From the NCBI RefSeq assembly GCF_000737315.1, contig NZ_JMCB01000023.1, positions 62,001-126,000 of the forward strand: a stretch of DNA of 64,000 nt. The letters are read 5' to 3'. The DNA is from Hyalangium minutum. Its GTDB lineage: Bacteria; Myxococcota; Myxococcia; Myxococcales; Myxococcaceae. A program made the translations under genes and the position numbers. The notes under the pieces are model-generated. The model was not told where the DNA came from. It ran no database searches and worked only from the letters and a program-made list of their open reading frames with translations. Below are positions 17,096-29,985 of this stretch, one piece after another. Within the stretch, counting starts at the first letter, position 1, and each line of letters starts with the position of its first letter.

Positions 17096-17650
17096 GTGAC
17101 AACGGATTTGCAGGTCAAGAAGTTCAATTATGTGTTCAAATGGTTCGACCAGAATGGCGATGGATGGATCACCCAGGACGACATCGAGAAAATGGTCAAG
17201 CTGTTCACCGCGCTAGCGGACAACGCTGATCATAAGAACAAGAGTGCGATGAGTAAGGGTTTCATGAACTGGTGGAACCTCCTGCTGGAAGCCCGTGAGA
17301 ACAAGGCGAGCGAGAAGATCGGGAATCAGGAATTCATCCGCATCATGGATGCTGTCGTGATCGCTCCTAAGAATTTCGAGATTGCCGTGGGCTACATCGT
17401 CGACGGGTTGCTGGGCGCTCTTGACCGCGACGGCAATGGCAGCCTTTCACAGGGAGAGTACGTAGGGATGTATAACGCGCTTGGAATCCCTCCGACCACC
17501 TCCGCCGAGGCCTTCAGGCGGCTCGATCGGGACAGCAACGGCGAGATCAGCCGTGCGGAGTTCCATCAGGCTCTCTTCGAGTACTATCTGAGTGCGGACC
17601 CGAACGCTCCCGGCAACTGGCTGCTGGGGCCCATGGATGTACTCAAATAA
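17096..17650 (+). CDS. EF-hand calcium-binding protein (calerythrin/SCP-like)
   Basis: EF loops DQNGDGWITQDD, DRDGNGSLSQGE, DRDSNGEISRAE; C-terminal D.N.PGNWL.GP; GTG start with RBS GAGG. Confidence 0.9.
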   Translation: MTTDLQVKKFNYVFKWFDQNGDGWITQDDIEKMVKLFTALADNADHKNKSAMSKGFMNWWNLLLEARENKASEKIGNQEFIRIMDAVVIAPKNFEIAVGYIVDGLLGALDRDGNGSLSQGEYVGMYNALGIPPTTSAEAFRRLDRDSNGEISRAEFHQALFEYYLSADPNAPGNWLLGPMDVLK

Positions 17651-17688
17651 GTGCGAAACTCGATCGCGACCGCCTAACCCCATAAGCC

Positions 17689-18198
17689 TCCGAAGTCGTT
17701 GCGAGTGCTCCTCTGGCGCATGGTGCCGAGTTGGCGAGAGGTTTCCGCCCTCCGCTGCGCAGTCCTGGCACCAGCCGTGACTGGAGGCGTGCAGGCCTTC
17801 GAGGCGATGCCCGTCCCCAGATGACGTTTCACTTCCGCTATCGCTACGGTTTCCTCCCGGCTTTCCCTCGGCTTGAAGGCACGCTGCGCAAGCATCACCT
17901 GTTTCCTCAGGCCAACGAGTTCCGCGAATGGTTCCGCGCCCATGGCATCAACGTTCATGATTGGACGATGGTCATCCCAGCCCGGGCCCACCAGCGCATC
18001 CATGGTGGCGACGGACGTGGCGGGCCCTGGAACGAGGCCTGGCGAGAATTCATGCGGGCCAATCTTCACCGGCGACTGAATCAGGAGGAACTGATACGCA
18101 AAGCCTTTGAGCTGACGTACCGCTTCGACATCGTCGGGCCCATCATCCCGTATGGACATGCGCTTGTCCCACAGGGCCCTCAGCTCCACGCCCCGTAG
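17689..18198 (+). pseudogene. 5'-truncated SitA6-type (TIGR02269-like) polymorphic toxin lipoprotein
   Basis: EVVASAPLAHGAELARGFRPP..MTFHFRYR..KHHLFPQA..W....INVHDWT..HQRIH..GGPWNEAW..F matches my recollection of this family; in-frame TAA at 17683-17685 and no signal peptide or lipobox. Confidence 0.7.
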
Positions 18199-18960
<762 letters not shown>

Positions 18961-19021
18961 GCACTCGCCGATGTCCAGAACCCGGATCCGCGACGCGTCG
19001 ACCGTTTGCTTCCACCTCGCT

Positions 19022-19046
19022 GCGGGTTCGATTCCCGCCGCCTCCA
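19022..19046 (+). repeat. att-like direct repeat 2 (tmRNA 3' end copy)
   Basis: Identical to 16388-16412; sits 45 bp from the first core gene (alkB-like). Confidence 0.8.
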
Positions 19047-19091
19047 TCCCGAGAAGCCCAACAATCTTAAAGGGAGGGCCCACGCTTCAGC

Positions 19092-19997
19092 TCAGCGCGC
19101 CGGTGTCTGAGGAGACGAGGGATTGCTCTCAGACTGCTCGCGGGCCAACTCCGCGCGGAAGAACGCGCTGCTCTCAGCCAGGGTGCGCATGTACGGCCGT
19201 ACGTCCTCGCGGGCCTCGGGAGATAGCTTCGCGAAGGGAATCACGTGCTCGTCCGGCACATAGCGGAAGGTGAAGTTCACGCGCCGGGTCTGGAAGTCGG
19301 GCAGCTCGGGCGGCAGCACATGCCCCTCGCGCGTGTCCACCCGCTGCACCCGGTGGAAGGTCTGCTCCTTCCACTGCACCCCACCGAACAGCTCCAAGGA
19401 CCCGTCATCGAGCCACTGCTCGAGCACCACCGCGTCGCGCTCGCCCGGGCGGGTGGACGTCACGAACTGGATGAGCGCCCGCTCGCCCAGTGACAGCGAG
19501 GCCACGGGCCCAGGCTCGAAGTCCTTGTGCTCGCCCACGCGCGCGGTGTCCACCCAGCGCCCGTCCTCCAAGCGGCTGCCGTAGAAGTTCACCAAGCACG
19601 TGTTGAGGTGCCAGCGCGGAGGCATGTCCGGCCCCCGGAACATCCGCCGCGCCAGGGCCTCGATCTTCTCCACCTGCCGCTGGAGCACCGGAGGGAACGG
19701 CTCGGCCCGCACGCACCGATCCTTCACCCCCTTCGGAGGCCGGTAGTAGTCGAGGCACGCGAACTGCCAGTTGCCCAGCCAGTACACCGGCCGCAACAAC
19801 CGGCGCTGCGTCTGCCCCGGCGGCGGCGGGAAGTGCTTCGAGTAGCGCTCCTCCCACAGTGGCTTCAGCGTTGCCAGCCATGTGAGGATCTCCGCTCGAT
19901 CCGCGGCCGGAAGGAAGCTCCCATTGTAATGGTGCCCAGGCGTGCGCTGACGCACCTTCGGACCGGGCCCACGCCCATAGCGGCTCGGAGGCGGCAT
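19092..19997 (-). CDS. AlkB-like 2OG-Fe(II) dioxygenase
   Basis: LVNFY, VGEHKD (HxD), VASLSLG, HRV, R.NFTFR; starts 3 bp after the xerC stop. Confidence 0.85.
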   Translation of the reverse strand: MPPPSRYGRGPGPKVRQRTPGHHYNGSFLPAADRAEILTWLATLKPLWEERYSKHFPPPPGQTQRRLLRPVYWLGNWQFACLDYYRPPKGVKDRCVRAEPFPPVLQRQVEKIEALARRMFRGPDMPPRWHLNTCLVNFYGSRLEDGRWVDTARVGEHKDFEPGPVASLSLGERALIQFVTSTRPGERDAVVLEQWLDDGSLELFGGVQWKEQTFHRVQRVDTREGHVLPPELPDFQTRRVNFTFRYVPDEHVIPFAKLSPEAREDVRPYMRTLAESSAFFRAELAREQSESNPSSPQTPAR

Positions 19998-20000
19998 GGC

Positions 20001-20903
20001 TCAGGCCCGCGGGTGCGCCGCGTCGTACACCTGCTGCAGCTGCTCCACGGTGACGTGCGTGTAGCGCTGCGTCGTGGACAGGCTCGCGTGCCCCAGCAGC
20101 TCCTGAATGCTGCGCACGTCCGCTCCGCCGCCCAGCAGGTGCGTCGCAAACGAGTGGCGCAGCGCGTGCGGGCTCACCTTGCGCGCCAGCGCGCACTGCA
20201 CCACGTACGTGTCCAGGTGCCGCGCGATGCTGCGCGGAGTCAACCGCCCCCCCTTGTAGTTGAGGAAGAGCGCATCCGGATCCTGTCCCGGCCGAGGCGT
20301 CGCCAGCAGCTCACCTCGCCGCGCCAGGTACGCCTCCAGCGCCCGGATGGACTGCGCGTTCACCGGGCACAGGCGCTCCTTGCTCCCCTTGCCCATCACC
20401 CGGACGATCCGCCCGCTCCGATCCACATCCAGCAGGCTCAGCCCACACAGCTCGCTGATACGCAGGCCGCCTCCATAGAGGATCTCCAGGATGGCCTTGT
20501 CCCGCAGCCCCAGCACCGTCTTCAGCGAGGGCATGTCCAGGATGGCGAACACCTCGTCCACCGGGAGCACCTTCGGCAGGCTCTTGGGCAGCTTCGGGCT
20601 CTTCACCAGCTTCGCCGGGCTGGCCGACAGCAGCTTCTGCCGCACCAGGTACCGGTAGAACGACTTGATGCTCGCCAGCCTCCGCGCGCGGCTCGCCGGC
20701 GCATGGTCCACCGCCAGCGTGCCCAGGTAGCCGCGGATCGCCGCGTGCGAGCCCGCCAGCAGCGACAGCTTCATCCGCTCGACGAGGTAGCGCTCGTAGT
20801 CCACGAGATCGATGAGGTAGTTCCGCACCGTGTGCGGCGACGCCCCCTTCTCGTGCTCGAGGTAAGCCCGGAACTGCTCCAGCAAGGGTGACAGCGACTC
20901 CAT
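20001..20903 (-). CDS. xerC: Tyrosine recombinase XerC
   Basis: SPHTVRNYLIDL, LYGGGLRISEL, GKGSKER, PHALRHSFATHLL, QELLGHASLSTTQRYT; near trmFO/topA/dprA. Confidence 0.92.
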   Translation of the reverse strand: MESLSPLLEQFRAYLEHEKGASPHTVRNYLIDLVDYERYLVERMKLSLLAGSHAAIRGYLGTLAVDHAPASRARRLASIKSFYRYLVRQKLLSASPAKLVKSPKLPKSLPKVLPVDEVFAILDMPSLKTVLGLRDKAILEILYGGGLRISELCGLSLLDVDRSGRIVRVMGKGSKERLCPVNAQSIRALEAYLARRGELLATPRPGQDPDALFLNYKGGRLTPRSIARHLDTYVVQCALARKVSPHALRHSFATHLLGGGADVRSIQELLGHASLSTTQRYTHVTVEQLQQVYDAAHPRA

Positions 20904-20970
20904 GTCCGAAGCGTAGACGGCTCCGGGCCTGCCGCAAACTTTGGAAGCTCCGCAGCCCGCCCCGCCCTGT

Positions 20971-21489
20971 TCACGCCGCGATGATGCGCAGGTGGCGCGG
21001 CTCGATGTACTGAGGACGGGAGCGCGTGGAGGGAGGCAGCGAGGAGGGCTTGGCCTCGGCCGGGGCGCTCAGCGTCGCCGACGCGAACAGCTTCTCCGCC
21101 GTCGCCCGGCTCGCCTGCAGGCGCTCGGCCCGCTGCGTGAACGTGAAGATGTGCACCACCCCGCCGCGCGCCACGTAGAAGTGCAGCTGCGCCAGCTTCA
21201 TCCCGTGCGCCACGTACGTCATCTCGCGCAGGAACCCGCCCAGCGTCCCGAACGTCGCCGGCTTCTCGGCCACCAGCTGCACGCCCTCCAGCTTCTCCCG
21301 CATCTGCGCCAGCATCCGCGTCGCGAACTGGGGCGGCGTCTCGCGAGGCCGGATCGCCTCCGTCGTGTACCCCAGCGAGCTCCGGAACCCGTCCTCCACC
21401 GGCCCCGAGGCCACGATCTGCGTCGCATCCGACCAACCCTCGGGCAGGGACATCTGCAGGCTGCCGTACTGCATGGTGCGCGAGCTCAT
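20971..21489 (-). CDS. DcrB/DUF1795-like (PsbP/Mog1 fold) protein
   Basis: LPEGWSDAT, QLHFYV, FTFT pattern; 172 aa with good codon bias. Confidence 0.6.
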   Translation of the reverse strand: MSSRTMQYGSLQMSLPEGWSDATQIVASGPVEDGFRSSLGYTTEAIRPRETPPQFATRMLAQMREKLEGVQLVAEKPATFGTLGGFLREMTYVAHGMKLAQLHFYVARGGVVHIFTFTQRAERLQASRATAEKLFASATLSAPAEAKPSSLPPSTRSRPQYIEPRHLRIIAA

Positions 21490-21652
21490 GGTGGGACTCC
21501 GAGATGAGGGTGGCGCCCGCCAGTGACGCGGCGGGCTACATACACATTATCGCACCATGTACGCCTTGGTTTCCCATGTGCGCACATTGGAGGATAACAC
21601 CCCTCATTCCGCTGGGTTAGCGGGCCCCCGCCGCAAAATTCCAGCCCAGTGC

Positions 21653-21713
21653 CGTGATTTTCAAATCAATCCGGCCTGATTTTCGAGTCAATTTCCCCTG
21701 ATTTTCGAGTCAA
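21653..21713. promoter_or_regulatory. Three phased 17-bp direct repeats (22-bp period)
   Basis: CGTGATTTTCAAATCAA (21653), CCTGATTTTCGAGTCAA (21675), CCTGATTTTCGAGTCAA (21697). Confidence 0.7.
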
Positions 21714-21734
21714 CCAACGCAGTGCGTCGAAGGC

Positions 21735-23348
21735 TCAGAGGGTGGCAGGGGCCACGTAGACGCCGGGCTTCTGGCCCTGCGTCACGAGGTACACGGCGTG
21801 GGAGTCCCCCGGCCCGGCGAAGTAGGCGGGGATCTGCACCTTCTGGTCGAGCGTCTTCCGGGCCTTGCTCTTCATGTCGTAGACGCCCACGTCGTAGGTG
21901 TCCGAGTCCATGCGGGCATAGGACAGGAGCACGCGCTTGCCGTCGCTGGAGAGCTTGTAGCTGTACATGCCCTGGATCCAGGTGGCGGGCTCGGCGCGCG
22001 TCTGCTGCGTCAAATCCAGCGCCTTGAAGTCACAGGCGCGGCCCTCGCGGATGCAGTTGGTGCGGAAGATGACCTCGGAGTTGCCCGGGGTGAAGCCATA
22101 GCCGAACACACCGGCCTGGACCTTCTCGGCCTTCTCGGCGCCGAACGTGTAGAGCATCAGGTCCACCGAGTACACGGGCTTGAGGAAGCGCGAGAGGAAC
22201 GCCACGTGCCGGCCATCCGAGCCCCAGGTGTAGTTGGGCACGCGATCGCCCACGCGCTGGGTGGCGCCGTCCGGCAGCTTCACCACGGACATCAAGCCCG
22301 CACGAGCGGTGGGATCGTACCGCTCCAGGAAGCCCAGGGCCTGCGAGTCCGGGGAGAAGGAGAACTCCTCCACCCGCTCGCCCACCTTGCGCCCGGGGCT
22401 GCCGTCCGAGGGCCCCAGGTACAAGTCCCCGAGCACCTCGGGCTTGCCGTTCTCCGTGCGCGCCAGCCACTTGCCGTCCTTGGAGAAGCCGAAGGCCTTC
22501 GTCCCGGTGGCCACCTTGCGCGGCTTGAGGTCCGCCACGTCCGCGAGGAAGAGATCGTACATGCCGCGCTCGGCCTCGCTGCGCGCCTGCCACGCCACGT
22601 GCGCCCCGTCCGCGGACACCTCGTAGTCGCCCACGTAGTCACCCAGCTTGCGCGGGGCCTCGGGCTTCTCCACGGACACAGCAGCCAGCCCGCCCGCGGC
22701 CACCAGCCGCCGCTTGAAGAAGAGCGTCTTGCCGTCCTGGGTGAACTGCGCGGTGGAGACCTCGCCGCCTACGTCCTTGAAGGGGCCAGCGGGCAGCGGC
22801 CCCAGCTTCAGCACGCCGTTGTCCACGAAGGCCAGCAGCTTCCCGTCCGGGCTCGGCAGCATGTACGTCACCTGCTCGCCCAGCTTCGCCGGCTCCGCGG
22901 TGGGCTCGGTGAGCGCCAACACGTGCAGCGCCCCGGCCTGGACTGCCGGGTTGTAGCCCGTGAGGAAGAACAGGTAGCGCGAGTCCTTGGAGAACAGCTG
23001 GCCGCCCGGCACGTTCGTCACGGAGTCGCCCAGCTTGCGCGGCGATCCACCCGGAACCGGAACTCCGTGCAGTTCGCCCAGCAGCATCTGCGGAGGAATG
23101 CCGTCCAGCCGAGGCTTCTTGGCCTCGAGCAGGAACGTGACGAACTGGCCATCCGGAGCCACGCGCAGGTCCGACGCCAGGCCTGGGGCGATCAGCGTCC
23201 CCATGCCGCCCACCACCGCGCCCTTGCCGCTCCCGGAGCTCCCGCCGGTGCCGCCGCCGCCGCTGCCACCGCCGGAGTCCCCGCGCTTGCATCCCACCAC
23301 CGAGAGCGCCATGAGCGCTCCCACCACGACGAGTCGCCGAAGCTGCAT
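21735..23348 (-). CDS. aglU: Beta-propeller (WD40/TolB-like) lipoprotein, probable gliding motility protein AglU
   Basis: Lipobox VVGC plus Gly/Ser linker; repeated SPDG/SKDG/SSDG blades; start overlaps the trmFO stop (TAATG). The gene symbol rests on recalled synteny. Confidence 0.6.
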   Translation of the reverse strand: MQLRRLVVVGALMALSVVGCKRGDSGGGSGGGGTGGSSGSGKGAVVGGMGTLIAPGLASDLRVAPDGQFVTFLLEAKKPRLDGIPPQMLLGELHGVPVPGGSPRKLGDSVTNVPGGQLFSKDSRYLFFLTGYNPAVQAGALHVLALTEPTAEPAKLGEQVTYMLPSPDGKLLAFVDNGVLKLGPLPAGPFKDVGGEVSTAQFTQDGKTLFFKRRLVAAGGLAAVSVEKPEAPRKLGDYVGDYEVSADGAHVAWQARSEAERGMYDLFLADVADLKPRKVATGTKAFGFSKDGKWLARTENGKPEVLGDLYLGPSDGSPGRKVGERVEEFSFSPDSQALGFLERYDPTARAGLMSVVKLPDGATQRVGDRVPNYTWGSDGRHVAFLSRFLKPVYSVDLMLYTFGAEKAEKVQAGVFGYGFTPGNSEVIFRTNCIREGRACDFKALDLTQQTRAEPATWIQGMYSYKLSSDGKRVLLSYARMDSDTYDVGVYDMKSKARKTLDQKVQIPAYFAGPGDSHAVYLVTQGQKPGVYVAPATL

Positions 23349-24700
23349 TACGCGCTCCTCTGAAGGGTCTGCGAGACGGCCACCGAGGGCAGCCACGTGG
23401 CCAGATCCTCTTGGGCCCGCGCCGAGTACCGCGCCCGCTTGTCCTGCTTCTTCACCCGCCCAGGCAGCGGCGGGAACAGCCCGAAGATGACGTTGGACGG
23501 CTGGTGCGGGTGGTCCGGCGGATGCGCCTCGCCCGTCACGTGCCGGTACAGCGAGCCCAGCGCCGTGGTCGCCGGCGGCGGGACGAACTCACGCCCCTCG
23601 ATCCGAGCGCTCAGCGCCAGCGCCACCAGGGCGCCGCACGCGGTGGACTCCACGTATCCCTCCACTCCCGTGATCTGCCCCGCGAAGAACAGGCGCCGCT
23701 CGGACTTCAAGGACAGGTCCTTGTCCAGCAGGCGCGGCGAGTCGATGAACGTGTTGCGATGGATCTGCCCCATCCGCAGGAACTCCGCTTCCTTCAGCCC
23801 GGGGATGCAGGTGGTGAAGATGCGCTTCTGCTCGCCCCAGGTGAGCCGGGTCTGGAAGCCCACCATGTTCCACGAGGTGCCCGCGCGATCCTCCATGCGC
23901 AACTGCACCACCGCGTACGCCTGCTGCCCGGTCCGAGGGTCCATCAATCCCACCGGCTTCATGGGCCCATACGCCAACGTGTCGTCTCCGCGCTCTGCCA
24001 TCACCTCAATCGGCAGACAGCCTTCGAAGTATTTAGGTTCCTCGAAAGCGTGCGGTGTCAGCTTCTGGCCCGCCTTCACCTCGGCGATGAAGCGGTAGTA
24101 CTCCTCCTTCGACATCGGCAGGTTCAGGTAATCGTCCCCATCGCCCTTGCCGTAGCGGCTCTGGCGGAAGGCGATGTTCATGTCGATGGAGTCGCCCGAG
24201 AGGATGGGGGCGATGGAGTCATAGAAGTAGAGCTTCTGCCCCACGTGCCGCTCCAGCTCCTGCGTCAGGGCATCCGAGGTCAGCGGCCCCGTGGCCACCA
24301 CGACCAAGCCCTCGGGCAAGTGCTCCACCTCTCCGTTCACCACCTCAACCAGCGGGTGCTCGCGCACGGCCTGGGTGATCTCTCCGGAGAACTTCTCGCG
24401 CTCCACCGCCAGGGCGTCCCCGGCGGGCACCCGATGCGTGTCCGCGCTGCGCAGCACGAGCGAGCCCAGCGCGCGCAGCTCCGCGTGCAGCAGGCCAATG
24501 GCGCTCTCCGGGTTGTCCGAGCGCAGCGAGTTGGAGCACACCAGCTCCGCGAACATGTCCGACTTGTGCGCGGGCGAGCGCTTGTGCGGCTTCATCTCCC
24601 GCAGCGTCACCGGGATGCCTCGTCGCACGAGCTGCCAGGCACACTCGCTGCCCGCCAACCCGCCCCCAATCACCGTCACTCGCGGCTTCGCTTCCGACAT
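23348..24700 (-). CDS. trmFO: tRNA (uracil-54)-methyltransferase TrmFO (Gid)
   Basis: [64 protein letters not shown]. Confidence 0.96.
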   Translation of the reverse strand: MSEAKPRVTVIGGGLAGSECAWQLVRRGIPVTLREMKPHKRSPAHKSDMFAELVCSNSLRSDNPESAIGLLHAELRALGSLVLRSADTHRVPAGDALAVEREKFSGEITQAVREHPLVEVVNGEVEHLPEGLVVVATGPLTSDALTQELERHVGQKLYFYDSIAPILSGDSIDMNIAFRQSRYGKGDGDDYLNLPMSKEEYYRFIAEVKAGQKLTPHAFEEPKYFEGCLPIEVMAERGDDTLAYGPMKPVGLMDPRTGQQAYAVVQLRMEDRAGTSWNMVGFQTRLTWGEQKRIFTTCIPGLKEAEFLRMGQIHRNTFIDSPRLLDKDLSLKSERRLFFAGQITGVEGYVESTACGALVALALSARIEGREFVPPPATTALGSLYRHVTGEAHPPDHPHQPSNVIFGLFPPLPGRVKKQDKRARYSARAQEDLATWLPSVAVSQTLQRSA

Positions 24701-24979
24701 CACTCGCTCCTGAACCCTCGCCCTCGGGCTTGTACATCGGGGCTGTCCGAAAACAGTTAGCAGGACTCCCCTCCCCTTTCCCACGACGAAAAAGCGCCCG
24801 GGTGTCAGCCCGTTGGCTGTTGGAAGACGCCTGCTCGCCTGCCCTCCAGCCCGGCCCCGTGCCTTAAACGGGGCTCCGGTTTCCCTACCTCCTGGGGACC
24901 CCTAGGTTTCACCCGTTCAACGCTCGGGAAGAACGGTCCGAGCGAGCGCAGTCACCTTTGGAATGGAGCCACACGGGCC

Positions 24980-25366
24980 ATGACGCGAGCCAATGACCTC
25001 ATCAAGATCCGCGAGCTGCTCCAGCGCCGCCGCCGGGAGATCCTTCACGCGAACGAGGGGGCCCACCGGGAGCTGACCGCCCTGAAGGACCAGGAACGCG
25101 ATCCCGAATACGAGGAGAACGCCCAGTCCGAGCTCGCCGACTACACGCTCTCCAGCCTGATGGAGGCCCAGCGCCGGGAGATCATGCTGATCGACGCCGC
25201 GCTGCGTCGCATGGACACGGGCGTGTTCGGCGAGTGCGTGGACTGTGGCTACGAGATCCCCCTCGATCGCCTGGAGGCCCTGCCCTTCGCCATCCGGTGC
25301 GAGGAGGACGCCACCCGGCACGAGCTGGAGACGCGCGGAGGCCACGCCGCCGCGCCGTCCCTGTAG
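24980..25366 (+). CDS. DksA/TraR family protein
   Basis: Coiled coil then IDAALRRM..G.FGECVDCGYEIPLDRLEALPFAIRC. Confidence 0.88.
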   Translation: MTRANDLIKIRELLQRRRREILHANEGAHRELTALKDQERDPEYEENAQSELADYTLSSLMEAQRREIMLIDAALRRMDTGVFGECVDCGYEIPLDRLEALPFAIRCEEDATRHELETRGGHAAAPSL

Positions 25367-25378
25367 CCTCGGAGCCGC

Positions 25379-25978
25379 CTACTGCCCGCCCTCTTCCTTC
25401 TGGAGCACCACGAAGCGGTAGTTCTCCAGCTCGTTCTGGCCCGCAGTGTAGAGGACGGTGAGGAGCAGATCATAGGGGACCCGCTTGTCCCCGATCACCG
25501 ACAACTCCCGGTTGAACGGCGCCGCCGGGTTGCGGTCGGCGATGTACTTCAGCTTCTCCACTTCCTTCTTCAGCGCGGCGTCCAGCGGCGCCACGAGCCG
25601 GCCCTGAAGCTGCTCGGCGGGCACCTGGCCGTTGGTCAGCCTCAGCACTTCCTTCTCACCCACCAGGATGTTCTTGGGGGTGATGGTGACGGCCACCGTG
25701 TCCTTGGGCGTGGCGCGGGTGGAGGACACCGGCGGCTTCACGTCATCCGACGCGGTGATGGACGCCGACGACGAGGCGAAGGACTTCAGGAGGAACACCA
25801 GGAGGATGGTCATCATGTCCATCATCGCGGTGATGTTGAGCTCCTTGATCTCGCCGGCCGCCTCGCGCTCCTTGCGCTTCTTGCGCGCCAGGGCCTTGCG
25901 GAAGCGCATCCGCTGAAGGCGCTCCTCTTCCTCGGGAGCCAGCGGGCCGGCGACTTCGGCGTCAGTTGTCGCGCTCAC
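25379..25978 (-). CDS. ExbD/TolR family protein (AglS-like)
   Basis: ELNITAMMDMMTILLVFLLKSF TM with conserved Asp; GTGA overlap with the upstream gene. Confidence 0.88.
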   Translation of the reverse strand: MSATTDAEVAGPLAPEEEERLQRMRFRKALARKKRKEREAAGEIKELNITAMMDMMTILLVFLLKSFASSSASITASDDVKPPVSSTRATPKDTVAVTITPKNILVGEKEVLRLTNGQVPAEQLQGRLVAPLDAALKKEVEKLKYIADRNPAAPFNRELSVIGDKRVPYDLLLTVLYTAGQNELENYRFVVLQKEEGGQ

Positions 25979-26496
25979 AGGGCCCCCAGGGTGACGTCGG
26001 GGAACAGCAGGTGGCGATCCTTGCCCATCGTCTCGCGGCACGCGTCCATCGTGCCAATCAGCGTCTCGTACTGGACCTCGGCGTCCGCGGCGATGATGAC
26101 CTTGCTCTCGCCGGGGAAGGCCTGCTTGATCTCCACCATCTTCGCGTTGAGGGCTTCGTAGTCGTAGCTGCCGTCGGCCTTCACGGGGATGGTGGGTGTG
26201 TTGCCGCCCGCGCCGAGGATGGCGTTCTCGCTGTTGATGAAGTGGCCCTGCTTGGAGATCAGCACGCTCAAGGTGAGCTTGGGCTGATCCGAGTTCTCCT
26301 GCTGCACGCCCGCGGAGGGCCCGCCGTAGTTGGGGGCGCTCACGTTGAGGATGCCGAACGAGGCCAGCCCCGTGATCGACAGCAGCATGAATAGGATGAG
26401 GTTCATGAGGATGTCGAGGTAGGGAACGATGTTCAGTTCCCCAGACTCCTCTTCCTCACGAGGCTTCAGCTTGCGGCGAGAGAAGTAGAACGCCAT
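25975..26496 (-). CDS. ExbD/TolR family protein (AglQ-like)
   Basis: ELNIVPYLDILMNLILFML; IIAAD..VQYETLIGTMDACR. Confidence 0.88.
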   Translation of the reverse strand: MAFYFSRRKLKPREEEESGELNIVPYLDILMNLILFMLLSITGLASFGILNVSAPNYGGPSAGVQQENSDQPKLTLSVLISKQGHFINSENAILGAGGNTPTIPVKADGSYDYEALNAKMVEIKQAFPGESKVIIAADAEVQYETLIGTMDACRETMGKDRHLLFPDVTLGAL

Positions 26497-26529
26497 GCGC
26501 GGCGGCCCTCTGGCTCAGCGTGGCGCCGC

Positions 26530-27261
26530 TCAGGCGGCCCGGGACTCGCCATCCACCTGGGTGTCCCCAGCGTGGCGGCGCGACAGCAGGTTCTCCAGCT
26601 TGAGCGCGTTGAGCTCCACGCTCTCCACCATGGCCTTGGCGTACGAAGTGAGGATCAGGTGGAACACGATGCAGAGCACCGCGATCGACAGAGCGAACGC
26701 GGTGTTGTTCATGGCCTTGGAGATACCGTCGGAGAGCAGCGTCTGCTTCTGCTCGGCGGGCACGTTACCGAGCGCCTGGAACGTGCCGATGAGGCCGAAG
26801 ATGGTACCGACCAGTCCCACGAGGGTGGCGATGTTCGCCAGCGACCACAACCAGGGGATGCGCGCGGAGACGTGCGGGGTGGCCTCGACCATGGCCTCCT
26901 CCACCGCCTTGGCCACTTCAATCTCGCCGCGGTTGGCGCGGGTGAGGCCGGCGCGGATCACCTTGGCCAGCGGAGAGTTCGGAGCGGCGCTGCACAGCTT
27001 CACCGCGCGATCCACGTTGCCCGTCATCACCAGCTTGGAGATCTGCTCCATGAAGGGCGGGGCATTGAGGTTGTAGCGGAACATCAGCGTGTAGATGCGC
27101 TCGAAGGCCACCGCGAGCGAGGCCGCGAACCAGAACAGGTTCACGAACATGAAGGGGCCACCGTCCTTGAAGAACTTCACGACGGAGTCCACGACGCCCA
27201 GCTTCTCAGGGCCTGCGGCCAGGATCACCCCGTCCAGCAGTCCGCTCACAATGGGGATCAT
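26530..27261 (-). CDS. MotA/TolQ/ExbB proton channel protein (AglR-like)
   Basis: LANIATLVGLVGTIFGLI, GISKAMNNTAF; three TM segments. Confidence 0.92.
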   Translation of the reverse strand: MIPIVSGLLDGVILAAGPEKLGVVDSVVKFFKDGGPFMFVNLFWFAASLAVAFERIYTLMFRYNLNAPPFMEQISKLVMTGNVDRAVKLCSAAPNSPLAKVIRAGLTRANRGEIEVAKAVEEAMVEATPHVSARIPWLWSLANIATLVGLVGTIFGLIGTFQALGNVPAEQKQTLLSDGISKAMNNTAFALSIAVLCIVFHLILTSYAKAMVESVELNALKLENLLSRRHAGDTQVDGESRAA

Positions 27262-27417
27262 CGCGCTGCGATTCCTTTCAACGCCCGCGGTCCGGCACAC
27301 CCGTGCAAGGCACGGGCGGCGGTCTCCCAGGCAGGGAGCGGGCTGTACCTTCTTAGAAGGTGCCCGCCGAGCGTGTCAAGGCGCCGACGGGCTACCCTCC
27401 CGGAACCATTGGGACTT

Positions 27418-29973
<2,556 letters not shown>

Positions 29974-29985
29974 GACCTCTCCTGC

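Noticed and set aside
20001-20903. xerC as the integrase of the adjacent islet
   Set aside because: It lies outside the att repeats, has chromosomal XerC features and core synteny; the islet has its own integrase remnant.
20971-21489. T6SS effector chaperone locus (DUF1795)
   Set aside because: No Rhs, PAAR or VgrG gene nearby.
21653-21713. CRISPR array or plasmid iterons
   Set aside because: Repeats are 17 bp with only 5-bp spacers, three copies, with no cas or rep gene; kept as a regulatory array.
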